From NCBI GenBank assembly GCA_963556825.1, contig CAUWAM010000001.1, forward strand, positions 685 to 64,684: DNA of 64,000 nucleotides, written 5' to 3'. The notes under the pieces were generated by a model. It was given only the letters and a program-made list of their open reading frames with translations, made no database searches and was not told the DNA's origin. Of the stretch, positions 40,811 to 49,586 are shown one piece after another. The number at the start of each line of letters is the position of its first letter. Within the stretch, counting starts at the first letter, position 1. The translations under genes were made by a program, and so were the position numbers. The DNA is from an uncultured Clostridia bacterium. GTDB lineage: Bacteria > Bacillota > Clostridia > TANB77 > CAG-508.

Positions 40811-41463
40811 AAATTTCAACATCAATACTTTCAGTAAAAAAAGGAGAAGAATCAAAAACGTTTTTTGCACTAGAAAAAGCAAAAACAGATTATTTCCATA
40901 TAGATGTAATGGATGGAAAATTTGTAAAAAAAGATACATATAAAAAAATGCTTGAATATGCATCATATATAAAAAGAATATCTAATCTGCCTCTTGATGT
41001 TCACTTAATGGTAGAAGATATAAATGCTACAATTGAAGATTTTTTACCAGTAGAACCTAACATTATAACATTCCATTATGAGGCATGTAAAAATAAAGAA
41101 GAAGTGATGAAATATATAAAAAAAATAAAAGAGAACAATTGTAAAGTAGGAATAAGTGTAAAACCAGAAACTGATATAGAAGAAATTTATGAATTTTTGC
41201 CATATGTTCATATGTGTTTAGTTATGACAGTTGAACCAGGAAAAGGAGGACAAACACTTTTAACAGATATGGTAAACAAAGTGTCAAAACTAAAAAAATA
41301 TGTAGATGAAAATAATATAGAAATTGATATAGAAGTTGATGGTGGTATTAATTTAAAAACAGCAGATGCAGTAAAAAATGCTGGAGCAAATATTTTAGTT
41401 TCAGGTACAGCAATTTTAATGGCAAGGGATTTTAAAACTATAATTGATGAATTAAAAGGTTAA
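40804..41463 (+). CDS. rpe: ribulose-phosphate 3-epimerase
   Basis: MVEISTSILSVKKGEE..DVMDGKFV..HLMV.. is canonical Rpe; 219 aa. It overlaps the rsgA stop. Confidence 0.85.
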   Translation: MVEISTSILSVKKGEESKTFFALEKAKTDYFHIDVMDGKFVKKDTYKKMLEYASYIKRISNLPLDVHLMVEDINATIEDFLPVEPNIITFHYEACKNKEEVMKYIKKIKENNCKVGISVKPETDIEEIYEFLPYVHMCLVMTVEPGKGGQTLLTDMVNKVSKLKKYVDENNIEIDIEVDGGINLKTADAVKNAGANILVSGTAILMARDFKTIIDELKG

Positions 41464-41496
41464 AATAGGAGTTTGTAATATAAACTCCTATTTTAA
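41464..41496. terminator. bidirectional terminator
   Basis: aataggagttt-N7-aaactcctatt followed by a T-run. Confidence 0.5.
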
Positions 41497-41502
41497 TATG
41501 AA

Positions 41503-42723
41503 TTATTTATTTTCTTTTTTATTAGTTGTTGCTATTTTTTGTTTTTTGTTTTCTTCATTTTTAGAATTTTTAGGAAGTAAAGTCATAACTAAAATTCCTA
41601 AACCTAAAATAGTTATAACAAATGATATAATTGAACCAACAAAAGGTAAAGCTCTTAATACCCAAACTATAATTCCAGTAACAACCAACATTCCAAAAAT
41701 TCCAGAATTTGCATTAATATTCAATTTAGCACAAAGGTAATTATTTGCAGTAATTGTAAATAATGCTTTAGAAATCACAAGTGCTAAAATATATAAAGCA
41801 ATCAATAATAAAGCAACACTACTTGTTAATTGTAAAAGGATTAGCACAATAGAAATAACAGGAATTACAACTAATGTAAGTAAGCCAAAACCTAAAACTT
41901 TCCAAGAAATTTTTCCAACATAATTATTAGTTGATTTTAAGAATTTAGGGGCAATCCATAAGCAAACTAGCCAAATAATTAAGATAAATGCAAGAAATGC
42001 ACCTAAATTTAAAATATAGTTTGCAATAATAGTGCCTACATTCATATTTTTAAGATTTGAATTTATTTCATTAAATTTAACTTCTCCTAAAACAATATCA
42101 TCAGAAATATTAATTTTTTCAGCAGAAGAATATTCTAAATTACCATAAATAACACCTTTTTTGGATTGTTCTGAATCATTATTTTCTGTATTAAAATTAA
42201 TGTCATTAGCGCTTACAAAAGCGTTTCTACCAATAGTACCATTAATATTTAAAGTTTGGCATAAAGTTTTTAAATCTCTATAAACAAATCCATTAGAAAT
42301 ATTCAAATTTTGCGAAAAGGCAAAAACATCATATGCAACACCTTTTATAGTAATAGATTGTGCACAAGTAAAAATATTATTAAAAATATAACCTTCTTTT
42401 TCAATAACAACATCTTTTGCTAAAATAAAAGCATCTCCGCCTATTTGAGAATTGATAGTAACTTTATTAGCTATAATAAAAACATTACCATCAACAATAT
42501 AATCAATATTTACTTCATCTTCGCAAAGATATAAATCAGACTTTTTAAAAGAATCGTTTTTTTGTTCTTCTTGATTAATATTATCAACAACTTGATTTTC
42601 TACAGAATTAGTTTCGTTAGTTATTTCACTATTAGATTCATTGTCAGCTAAAACAAATGAAGATGAAAAAAGTAAAACTAATACAAGAAAAATTGTAAGA
42701 AATTTTGATTTTTTTCTTAACAT
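41503..42723 (-). CDS. membrane protein: signal peptide, bactofilin-like (polymer-forming) beta-helical repeats, C-terminal multi-TM domain
   Basis: Signal peptide MLRKKSKFLTIFLVLVLLFSSSFVLA, an Asn/Glu-rich spacer, repeated (G)xVxIxxxV motifs, then about 5 TM helices and a Lys-rich tail; 406 aa. Confidence 0.45.
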   Translation of the reverse strand: MLRKKSKFLTIFLVLVLLFSSSFVLADNESNSEITNETNSVENQVVDNINQEEQKNDSFKKSDLYLCEDEVNIDYIVDGNVFIIANKVTINSQIGGDAFILAKDVVIEKEGYIFNNIFTCAQSITIKGVAYDVFAFSQNLNISNGFVYRDLKTLCQTLNINGTIGRNAFVSANDINFNTENNDSEQSKKGVIYGNLEYSSAEKINISDDIVLGEVKFNEINSNLKNMNVGTIIANYILNLGAFLAFILIIWLVCLWIAPKFLKSTNNYVGKISWKVLGFGLLTLVVIPVISIVLILLQLTSSVALLLIALYILALVISKALFTITANNYLCAKLNINANSGIFGMLVVTGIIVWVLRALPFVGSIISFVITILGLGILVMTLLPKNSKNEENKKQKIATTNKKENK

Positions 42724-42847
42724 AATAGACCTCCTTAATATTTATTAATATGCTAAAATAATATATCTTTACAGTAATTTTGTCAATCAATTTTTATAAA
42801 AAAGAAATAATTAGGACAGATTAAAATGTATCAAAATTCATTTAAAG

Positions 42848-42876
42848 TTGACAAAAGAATAAATAAACTATATACT
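42848..42876 (+). promoter_or_regulatory. sigma-A promoter of the SCIFF gene
   Basis: TTGACA, 17 nt spacer, TATACT, about 65 nt before the SCIFF start. Confidence 0.5.
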
Positions 42877-42945
42877 TAAAATAAGGCTATAGATTAGTCA
42901 GAAACCAAGAAACCTCAGATCTACAATTGGAGAGGAGGAAAAAAC

Positions 42946-43092
42946 ATGAAGCACATAAGAACTTTATCAGGCAAGCTCCTTAAAGACACTATGAAAAACG
43001 GTGGTTGTGGAGAATGTCAGACTTCATGCCAGTCAGCTTGCAAGACTTCTTGTACGGTTGGCAACCAACATTGCGAAAACAAAAATCAGTAA
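42946..43092 (+). CDS. scfA: SCIFF (six-cysteines-in-forty-five) radical SAM-modified peptide precursor
   Basis: 48 aa MKHIRTLSGKLLKDTMKNGGCGECQTSCQSACKTSCTVGNQHCENKNQ. The GGCGECQTSCQSACKTSCTV core is the hallmark of SCIFF (TIGR03973 type). RBS ggaggagg. The ORF track's 60-aa cutoff excludes it. Confidence 0.8.
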   Translation: MKHIRTLSGKLLKDTMKNGGCGECQTSCQSACKTSCTVGNQHCENKNQ

Positions 43093-43200
43093 TATATGGT
43101 AATTGTTTTTCGAAAAAAGAAGTACTTTGGGACAGTAAAACTGTTTCAAAGTGCTTTTACTATTTATGAATTAAATTATAAAACTATTGTATTCAAAATA

Positions 43201-43227
43201 GAATAAAAAATCTAAAAATTTCTTAAA
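43201..43227 (+). repeat. 27-bp direct repeat, left copy (island boundary)
   Basis: gaataaaaaatctaaaaatttcttaaa is identical to 50024-50050. Confidence 0.6.
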
Positions 43228-43595
43228 TGACATTGTATCATATGTAGTGCTTTCATCTTTAGTTTTTTTAGAAGAAAAATTCATTTATATAAATTTGTTT
43301 AGCACAATGGTTAGCAGGAAAGATAGCAAAAAAATAATTATAAATAATTTCAAATAATATTATGAAAACAAATGATTTCTAAAAACAATAAAAATACTTG
43401 TAAAAGAAATAAAAATATAATATAAAAACATTAGAAAAAGAAAACAAAAGATAAATAAAATTATAGATAAGTTTTATGATACAGTAGAAAAATTCATTTA
43501 AAGAGAGAAGAAAAAGAGAAAAATTGGGATTTGGAAATTTAAATAGTGCAATTTAGGAAAAGAAATGTTATAATGATGTGGTAGGAGGAATCAGG

Positions 43596-44342
43596 ATGAA
43601 ACAAAATATATATGATAATGAGATATTTTCAAATGCATACGACCAAATGAGAAAGATAGATAAGGGGAAAAATGCGAATGACTTGGTTGAAATTCCTAAT
43701 TTTAGAAAGTTGATTCCAAATGTTAAAGGAAAAAAGATTCTTGATTTAGGATGTGGATATGGAGAAAACGATAAGTATTGTAGAGATTTAGGAGCAAAGG
43801 AAATTCTAGGAATTGATATTTCTGAACACATGATAAAAATTGCGAAAGAGAATAATTATGACAAAAATATAAAATATAAAGTAATGGCAATGGAAGACAT
43901 TAGTAAAATTAATGAAAAATTTGATATTGTTATTTCATCATTAGCATTTCATTATGTTAAAGACTATGAAAAATTAATAAATGATATATATAGTTTATTA
44001 AATGATGACGGAATATTAATTTTTTCAATAGACCATCCATTAAGGATAGCAAGCAAGTTTGAAAAATGGATGAAAAAAAATTATACAGAGATAAATGGAA
44101 AGTGGTTTTTACTTGTTTCAGACTATAATCGAGAGGGAGTAAGAGAAAAGGAGTGGAATGGTGTTATGGTGAAAAAGTACCACAGAAATTTTAGTAGTTT
44201 AATAAATGTCCTAGTAAATTCAGGATTTAAAATTGATAAAATTTTAGAGCCAATACCAGATGAAGAAAGTATAAAAATTATTCCAAAATATATCAATCAA
44301 TTTGATAGACCATATTTTTTATTTATAAGAGCTAAAAAGTAG
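43596..44342 (+). CDS. class I SAM-dependent methyltransferase
   Basis: Motif I ILDLGCGYGEN and post-I D(I) acidic residues (Methyltransf_11/25-like). The ATG is 7 nt after GGAGG. The track start is a GTG 6 codons upstream. Confidence 0.7.
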   Translation: MKQNIYDNEIFSNAYDQMRKIDKGKNANDLVEIPNFRKLIPNVKGKKILDLGCGYGENDKYCRDLGAKEILGIDISEHMIKIAKENNYDKNIKYKVMAMEDISKINEKFDIVISSLAFHYVKDYEKLINDIYSLLNDDGILIFSIDHPLRIASKFEKWMKKNYTEINGKWFLLVSDYNREGVREKEWNGVMVKKYHRNFSSLINVLVNSGFKIDKILEPIPDEESIKIIPKYINQFDRPYFLFIRAKK

Positions 44343-44392
44343 CATGGAACAAATATAAATTCCATGCTACTTTTATAGAAAATAGTTATTTT

Positions 44393-44971
44393 CTAATAAT
44401 AAATAGGTTTCAATGCAGTGAGATTGTAGTCAATTTCAAATAATGCTGTGTTTGCAGGTTGCTTAGCATTTTTATATTGAGTTTCATAGATATATTTAAT
44501 GAACTCATTTCTATATTTCAAATAATATGAAATAATACGAAGTGTACCACCATGAGCAACAATTAACACATTTTCATTTTTTGAAAACTGTTCATCAAAA
44601 AAATTTTTGATTCTAAAATAAACATCTTCTGTTGATTCAGCGTTAAAAAAAGAGGGCGTAGAATTATAGAGATCCCATTCTTCTTGCAAAATTTCAGGAA
44701 TAAATCTGCCTTCTAGAGTCCCATAATCAACACTTCTAAGTCGAGAATCTAAAATAACATCTTTTGATAAATACTTATTGATGATTTGCGTAGTTTGAAT
44801 TGCACGGAGCAAATCAGAAGATATTATTTTATCAAAATTGAGCTTTTCTATTTTCGTTCTAGCAATATCAGCTTCTTTCCGTCCGTTTTCATTAATTGGA
44901 ATTGGATTATGTCCCTGTAATTGCTTAGACATATTCCAGTCAGTTTGACCATGTCTTACAATATAAATCAT
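44393..44971 (-). CDS. histidine phosphatase family protein (phosphoglycerate mutase/CobC-like)
   Basis: MIYIVRHGQTDWN.. RHG catalytic motif and a second His in ..LIVAHGGTLR... RBS ggaggt. Confidence 0.7.
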   Translation of the reverse strand: MIYIVRHGQTDWNMSKQLQGHNPIPINENGRKEADIARTKIEKLNFDKIISSDLLRAIQTTQIINKYLSKDVILDSRLRSVDYGTLEGRFIPEILQEEWDLYNSTPSFFNAESTEDVYFRIKNFFDEQFSKNENVLIVAHGGTLRIISYYLKYRNEFIKYIYETQYKNAKQPANTALFEIDYNLTALKPIYY

Positions 44972-45032
44972 ATAATTACCTCCGTTCATATAAAGAAACC
45001 TACTAAAAATAAACTAAATTCATACATTAAAT

Positions 45033-45087
45033 TTTATCACATTATGTAAAATTAGTCAATCATTGACATAAAATAAAAATTGTGATA
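45033..45087. promoter_or_regulatory. nested palindrome (candidate operator) in the divergent promoter region
   Basis: TTATCACA..(13)..GTCAATcATTGAC..(13)..TGTGATAA. The outer 8-bp inverted repeats flank a perfect 6-1-6 palindrome. It overlaps the putative NUDIX promoter (TTGACA-17-TAAATT). Confidence 0.3.
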
Positions 45088-45115
45088 AATTAAAAAAACG
45101 TAGGAGGAAAATGTA

Positions 45116-45661
45116 ATGGAATGCATAATAAAGATAAACGATAAAGATATAGGAGAAGAAATCTATAAAATAAATGAACCAAATATAAGAAAAGCAGTTC
45201 GCACAATTTTATTTAATGAAAAAGGTGAAATAGCAATACTACATAAAAAAAACAAAAATGAATATAAACTTGTTGGGGGCGGCATTGAAGAGAACGAAGA
45301 TATGGAAGAGGCGCTAAGAAGAGAAGTAAACGAAGAAGCAGGATGTGAAATAAAAGATATAGTGGAACTAGGTTATGTAGAGGAATTAAGAACTGTAAAT
45401 AATTTTATGCAAATATCATATGTTTTTATTTCAAAGGTTAAAATAGATAAAAAACAACTGAACTTAACTAAACAAGAACAAGATGAGGGAGCTGAAATAT
45501 GTTGGCTATTACCTGAAATTGCTCTAAAAAGGATAAAAGAATGTTATGATAAATTAAATCCATCTAAATACAGTAACTTATATAATTCAAAAATGGTTAT
45601 AAAAAGAGATGAACTTATATTAGAATATTATTTAAAAAAAAATGAAAGAACCACAATATAA
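45116..45661 (+). CDS. NUDIX hydrolase
   Basis: Perfect Nudix box G-GIEEN-E-DMEEALR-RE-V-N-EE-A-G-C (GX5EX7REUXEEXGU); 181 aa; RBS aggagg. Confidence 0.8.
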   Translation: MECIIKINDKDIGEEIYKINEPNIRKAVRTILFNEKGEIAILHKKNKNEYKLVGGGIEENEDMEEALRREVNEEAGCEIKDIVELGYVEELRTVNNFMQISYVFISKVKIDKKQLNLTKQEQDEGAEICWLLPEIALKRIKECYDKLNPSKYSNLYNSKMVIKRDELILEYYLKKNERTTI

Positions 45662-45694
45662 TGGTTCTTCATTTTTTCGGTAGCAATGATAAAA

Positions 45695-46546
45695 TTAATT
45701 ACAATGATCCTTTTCGTAAATCTCTTTGATATTGAGATTGTCTGTTAACATATTTCCATAATTAACATCCTCTGTTTCAGCTCCAATCATTCTATACAAA
45801 TCTCCATGAGGAGATACCATAAGACGTGTAGCTAATTTTGAAGGCATTCTACCATCAATTTTGAGATTAGGAAACATTTTCTGTAACTGAGCAACCTTAG
45901 CGAAAAATTCTTCATCAGTAATATCAAAGCGATTTTTGTTAGGAACAGCTCCTCTTCCACTTGCGGAATTAAAGCGTCTTAGTTTCCAATGGTCAACTCC
46001 AAGTTCATTTAAGAGTGAACCAAGTTCTTCAAGATAATCGATATTTTCTTTGTGAACACAAGTGTTAATAAGAACACCGATGTTTCCTGCTTTTTTGACC
46101 ATTTTGATACGAGAGATGATGGTGTCACGATGACACTTTGTGCAGCGAATTTTTTCATTCAATTCGTCATTTGCAGATTCAAAAGGAAATGCAATAGAGT
46201 TTAAGTGATTTTTAATTTTTCCAAATGTTTCCTCTGTAAGAAGAATACCATTTGTACTAAGTCGTGTATCAAGACCTCTATTGTATGCATCGATAATCAA
46301 ATCAGGCAAATGGGGAATCAATAATGGCTCGCCACCAATGTAACGCATCTTGGTTAAACCAGTTTCGATTAACTGATTTTGTACCTTGAAGTGTCCTTCT
46401 CTTGTTGTTATTTCACTCCGTTTGTTAGGACTGATGCAGTAACCACATCTTTCCTGACAAGAATGGGTAATAATCCAAGAGATAATTACTTCGCCAACAT
46501 GATTGGGATCTTCGATAGTATAATGCTTTTTTTCATTACTATTCAT
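45695..46546 (-). CDS. radical SAM enzyme, viperin/MoaA-like core, no SPASM domain
   Basis: CxxxCxxC in ITHSCQERCGYCISP, a GGE motif (YIGGEPLL) and STNGILL. Visibly higher GC (~35-38%) than the ~27% background. RBS ggaggtg. Several blocks align with viperin by eye: TRQCNYKCGFC, SGGEPFL, SNGSLI. Confidence 0.7.
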   Translation of the reverse strand: MNSNEKKHYTIEDPNHVGEVIISWIITHSCQERCGYCISPNKRSEITTREGHFKVQNQLIETGLTKMRYIGGEPLLIPHLPDLIIDAYNRGLDTRLSTNGILLTEETFGKIKNHLNSIAFPFESANDELNEKIRCTKCHRDTIISRIKMVKKAGNIGVLINTCVHKENIDYLEELGSLLNELGVDHWKLRRFNSASGRGAVPNKNRFDITDEEFFAKVAQLQKMFPNLKIDGRMPSKLATRLMVSPHGDLYRMIGAETEDVNYGNMLTDNLNIKEIYEKDHCN

Positions 46547-46658
46547 AATTAGCACCTCCATAAAGTCTTATTGATAGGTAAAAAAACATTTATCGTTACC
46601 GAACTAACTATATTATATCAACAAAAAGAAATTATGTCAACAAAACGGTCGAAAACTG

Positions 46659-46687
46659 TTGAAATAATTGGAAAAAAGTTGTATAAT
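46659..46687 (+). promoter_or_regulatory. sigma-A promoter for the oxidoreductase-MTase-phosphatase operon
   Basis: TTGAAA, 17 nt spacer, tgtTATAAT (extended -10). An upstream inverted repeat caacaaaacggtcgaaaactgttg is also present. Confidence 0.5.
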
Positions 46688-46722
46688 TAGAGAGAATTGT
46701 TATAAAAAAATGGAGGATTTCT

Positions 46723-48171
46723 ATGGGAACACCAAATATCATGTTGATTGGGTGCGGACCTCATGCAAAAAGAGTATATGTTCCTAAATTAAAAGAGGTT
46801 GAAAATGAGTTTAGAATAAAACTTAAAGCAGTTGTAGAATTAGAAGAAAAAGAGGAAGATGTAAAAAAATTTATCTCAAATTACTTTGAAAATATTGAAT
46901 ACATTTTTATTGAAAAATTTGAATCTAAATACAGACAAAATTTACCAAAGGAGATTGAAAGTAGATTAGATAATATTGTAAAAAAGGAAAACATTAACTC
47001 TGTTATAATTGCAACAGATCCATTAAATCATATGCAATATGCACTATGGGCTTTAAAAAACAAACTGCATATTTTAATGGATAAGCCTATTTCTACATAC
47101 GATAATATTTCTAATAATGTTGAGCAAGCAGAACAATTAAAAAGAGATTATGAATTATTGGTAAAAAATTATTCAAGTAATCAAGCATTTATTGTAAATG
47201 CTCAAAGGAGATTTTTACCGCAATTTCAAATTGTTCAAGATTTAGTAAATGAAATTGCAAGCAAATATGGAATGCCAATTACATCAATACAAAGTACACA
47301 CAGTGATGGTCAATGGAGATTACCAGATGAGGTTTTAAAGTTAAGGTATCATCCATTATTAGGTTGGGGAAAAGTTTCACATAGTGGATATCATTTTATA
47401 GATATGGCATCAAAAATGGTAAAAGATTCATTTAAAGAAGCGAACAAAACATTTGATGAAATATCAGTGTTTACAAAATTTATTCGACCATCAGGAGTTT
47501 TATTACAACAAAATCAAAAAGATTTGAAAACAATTTTTGGAGAAGAATATTTAAAAATTGATTCTAGGACTGATGATGAACTAATTAAATTATATAAAGA
47601 AAAAAATGAGGCTGAGGTTGATGCAAATTCAATTATTTCATTATCATATGAAGGCATTACTGTTACAAATATTACATTGAATTTAATGCATAATGGTTTT
47701 TCTCGTCGTTCTTGGTTGAATGCCAATATGAAAGACTTATATAAAGGAAATGGTAGAGTAAGACATGAATATCATAATATAGAACAAGGTTGTTTACAAA
47801 ATATTCAAATACATTCATATCAGTCTAAAGATAAACATGGTATTAATAAAGAAAGTGATTTTGAACTAGGTGGAAACAATCATTATGATATATATGTTTT
47901 TAGAAATAGTGGAATAACTGGTGGTGAGACTATAAAAGTAATCAGAGGAATAGATATTGCAGAAAAATATTCATTAGATAAGACAAAAATAATGAATGAA
48001 CTGGCTAGACACGAAGCATTAAAGCAATTTTTAGAGGTTGTGATAGGCAAGAGAAAACCTATGGAGACAAAGTCAAATATTCTAGATCACAAGATGTCTG
48101 TTGAGATAATGTCACTAATTTATAAATCAGGCACAAGTGAAAATGAAATAAAAGAAAAATATCAAGATTAA
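46723..48171 (+). CDS. Gfo/Idh/MocA-like NAD(P)-binding oxidoreductase, unusually long (482 aa)
   Basis: N-terminal Rossmann motif IMLIGCGPHAKRVYVPKL is typical of the Gfo/Idh/MocA family. The C-terminal ~150 aa are unassigned. Confidence 0.55.
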   Translation: MGTPNIMLIGCGPHAKRVYVPKLKEVENEFRIKLKAVVELEEKEEDVKKFISNYFENIEYIFIEKFESKYRQNLPKEIESRLDNIVKKENINSVIIATDPLNHMQYALWALKNKLHILMDKPISTYDNISNNVEQAEQLKRDYELLVKNYSSNQAFIVNAQRRFLPQFQIVQDLVNEIASKYGMPITSIQSTHSDGQWRLPDEVLKLRYHPLLGWGKVSHSGYHFIDMASKMVKDSFKEANKTFDEISVFTKFIRPSGVLLQQNQKDLKTIFGEEYLKIDSRTDDELIKLYKEKNEAEVDANSIISLSYEGITVTNITLNLMHNGFSRRSWLNANMKDLYKGNGRVRHEYHNIEQGCLQNIQIHSYQSKDKHGINKESDFELGGNNHYDIYVFRNSGITGGETIKVIRGIDIAEKYSLDKTKIMNELARHEALKQFLEVVIGKRKPMETKSNILDHKMSVEIMSLIYKSGTSENEIKEKYQD

Positions 48172-48181
48172 TGAGGTATAT

Positions 48182-48856
48182 ATGGAGAATAAAGATAATC
48201 AATGGAATAAATTATATGAAAATTATATAAATAAAGAATTTAAAAATTGGGATGAATATTTTAAAACAAAAATGAAATTAAAAAAGAAATTTTTACATCA
48301 GGTATTAAAATATTATGATGGAAAAAAGCCAGTTTTGGAATGTGGAGCTGGAACAGGTAAATTTTCTGCTTATCTTGCTTCGAAAGGTGTAAAAGCATAT
48401 GCAATGGATTTAGAACAAGCGATGGTTGAACAAACAAGAGAATTATCCAAACAAGTAAGTCCTGAAAATGAGGTTAATGTTTTTCAGGGAGATATTAGAA
48501 ATATACCATTTGAAAATAAATTTTTTTCAGTAACACATAGTAGTGGGGTTATGGAACATTATAGTGATGAAGAAATAGTTGAGATAATAAATGAACAATT
48601 AAGAGTTTCTGACATTTGCATGTTTAGTGTACCAACTCCTTATTTTGAGAAAAAAATGCTTGGAAACGAAAGATTTATGAAACGAAACAAGTGGAGAACA
48701 ATAATAGATAAAAGTAATGCAGAGATAATTAAAGAAACAGGATATCATTATAAAACATTATGGAATAGAGTTATTGACATATGTAAAAAACCATCAAGAA
48801 TATTAAAACCAATAGCATTATATGTGTTTGTATTAAAAGAAAAGGAGGAAAAATAA
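48182..48856 (+). CDS. class I SAM-dependent methyltransferase
   Basis: Motif I VLECGAGTGKFSAYLA, AYAMDLEQ; 224 aa. Confidence 0.7.
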   Translation: MENKDNQWNKLYENYINKEFKNWDEYFKTKMKLKKKFLHQVLKYYDGKKPVLECGAGTGKFSAYLASKGVKAYAMDLEQAMVEQTRELSKQVSPENEVNVFQGDIRNIPFENKFFSVTHSSGVMEHYSDEEIVEIINEQLRVSDICMFSVPTPYFEKKMLGNERFMKRNKWRTIIDKSNAEIIKETGYHYKTLWNRVIDICKKPSRILKPIALYVFVLKEKEEK

Positions 48857-48857
48857 A

Positions 48858-49421
48858 ATGATTTATGTAGTAAGACATGGACAAACAAATTGGAATTTGG
48901 AAGGAAGATTTCAAGGAAGAATTGATATTCCTTTAAATGAAAAAGGAAAAAGCCAAGCAGAAAAAACAAAAGAAAAATTGGAAGATATTAAATTTGACAA
49001 AGTATTTTCAAGCCCATTAACGAGAGCATTAGAAACAGCACAAATTATTACAGATGAGCCAATTGAAATTGATGATAGAATAATCGAAAGATGTAATGGA
49101 CAACTAGAAGGCAAATTAAAAACAGAATGTGAAAATATGGTTGATTTCACAGATGAAAATGAACAAAAACTTGGAATTGAATCTTTACCAGATTTTAGAG
49201 GAAGAATAACTAGTTTCTTTGATGAATTAGGAGAGAAATATGCAGGTAAAGATGTATTAGTAGTAACTCATGCTGGAGTTAGTATTTATGTAAGATGTTA
49301 TTTTGAGGGAGAGCCAAAAGACGGAAATTATAATAATTATAAATTAAAAAATTGTGAAGTTCTTCAATATGATAATTCTAGAAAGGTAAATAAAGCAATA
49401 GAAGATGATTTTGAAAGATAA
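48858..49421 (+). CDS. histidine phosphatase family protein (paralogue of 44393-44971)
   Basis: MIYVVRHGQTNWNLEGRFQG.. and ..LVVTHAGV... It starts 2 nt after the MTase stop, which suggests operon coupling. Confidence 0.7.
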   Translation: MIYVVRHGQTNWNLEGRFQGRIDIPLNEKGKSQAEKTKEKLEDIKFDKVFSSPLTRALETAQIITDEPIEIDDRIIERCNGQLEGKLKTECENMVDFTDENEQKLGIESLPDFRGRITSFFDELGEKYAGKDVLVVTHAGVSIYVRCYFEGEPKDGNYNNYKLKNCEVLQYDNSRKVNKAIEDDFER

Positions 49422-49426
49422 AATAT

Positions 49427-49459
49427 GTAGGGGATTCTTAATTCCCTACATATTTTTTT
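49427..49459. terminator. intrinsic terminator
   Basis: tgtaggggatt-N-aattccctaca followed by T7. Confidence 0.5.
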
Positions 49460-49586
49460 CTAACCATTTATATATATCATCATCAGTAAGTTCGCCGTGT
49501 TTTAATTTTGTAATCTGTTCTTTAGCTTGTTTCTTCCAAGTGTCAAATTCTTGCTTAATTTGTTTATCTCCTTTATTCTTATTCAT
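49447..49586 (-). CDS. possible small ORF (46 aa), uncertain
   Basis: MNKNKGDKQIKQEFDTWKKQAKEQITKLKHGELTDDDIYKWLEKNM. No convincing RBS, and the stop lies inside the terminator stem. Confidence 0.2.

Noticed and set aside
43128-43137. 10-nt match 'ttgggacagt' downstream of SCIFF to the core of the pheST palindromic element.
   Set aside because: A 10-mer match is expected by chance about 0.1 times in a 64 kb AT-biased window. There is no extended similarity or inverted partner.
45695-46546. Radical SAM considered as the missing SCIFF maturase (ScfB).
   Set aside because: It is too short (283 aa versus ~450), lacks the SPASM/twitch auxiliary-cluster cysteines, lies 2.6 kb away on the opposite strand inside a distinct island, and its motifs resemble viperin/MoaA rather than thioether synthases.
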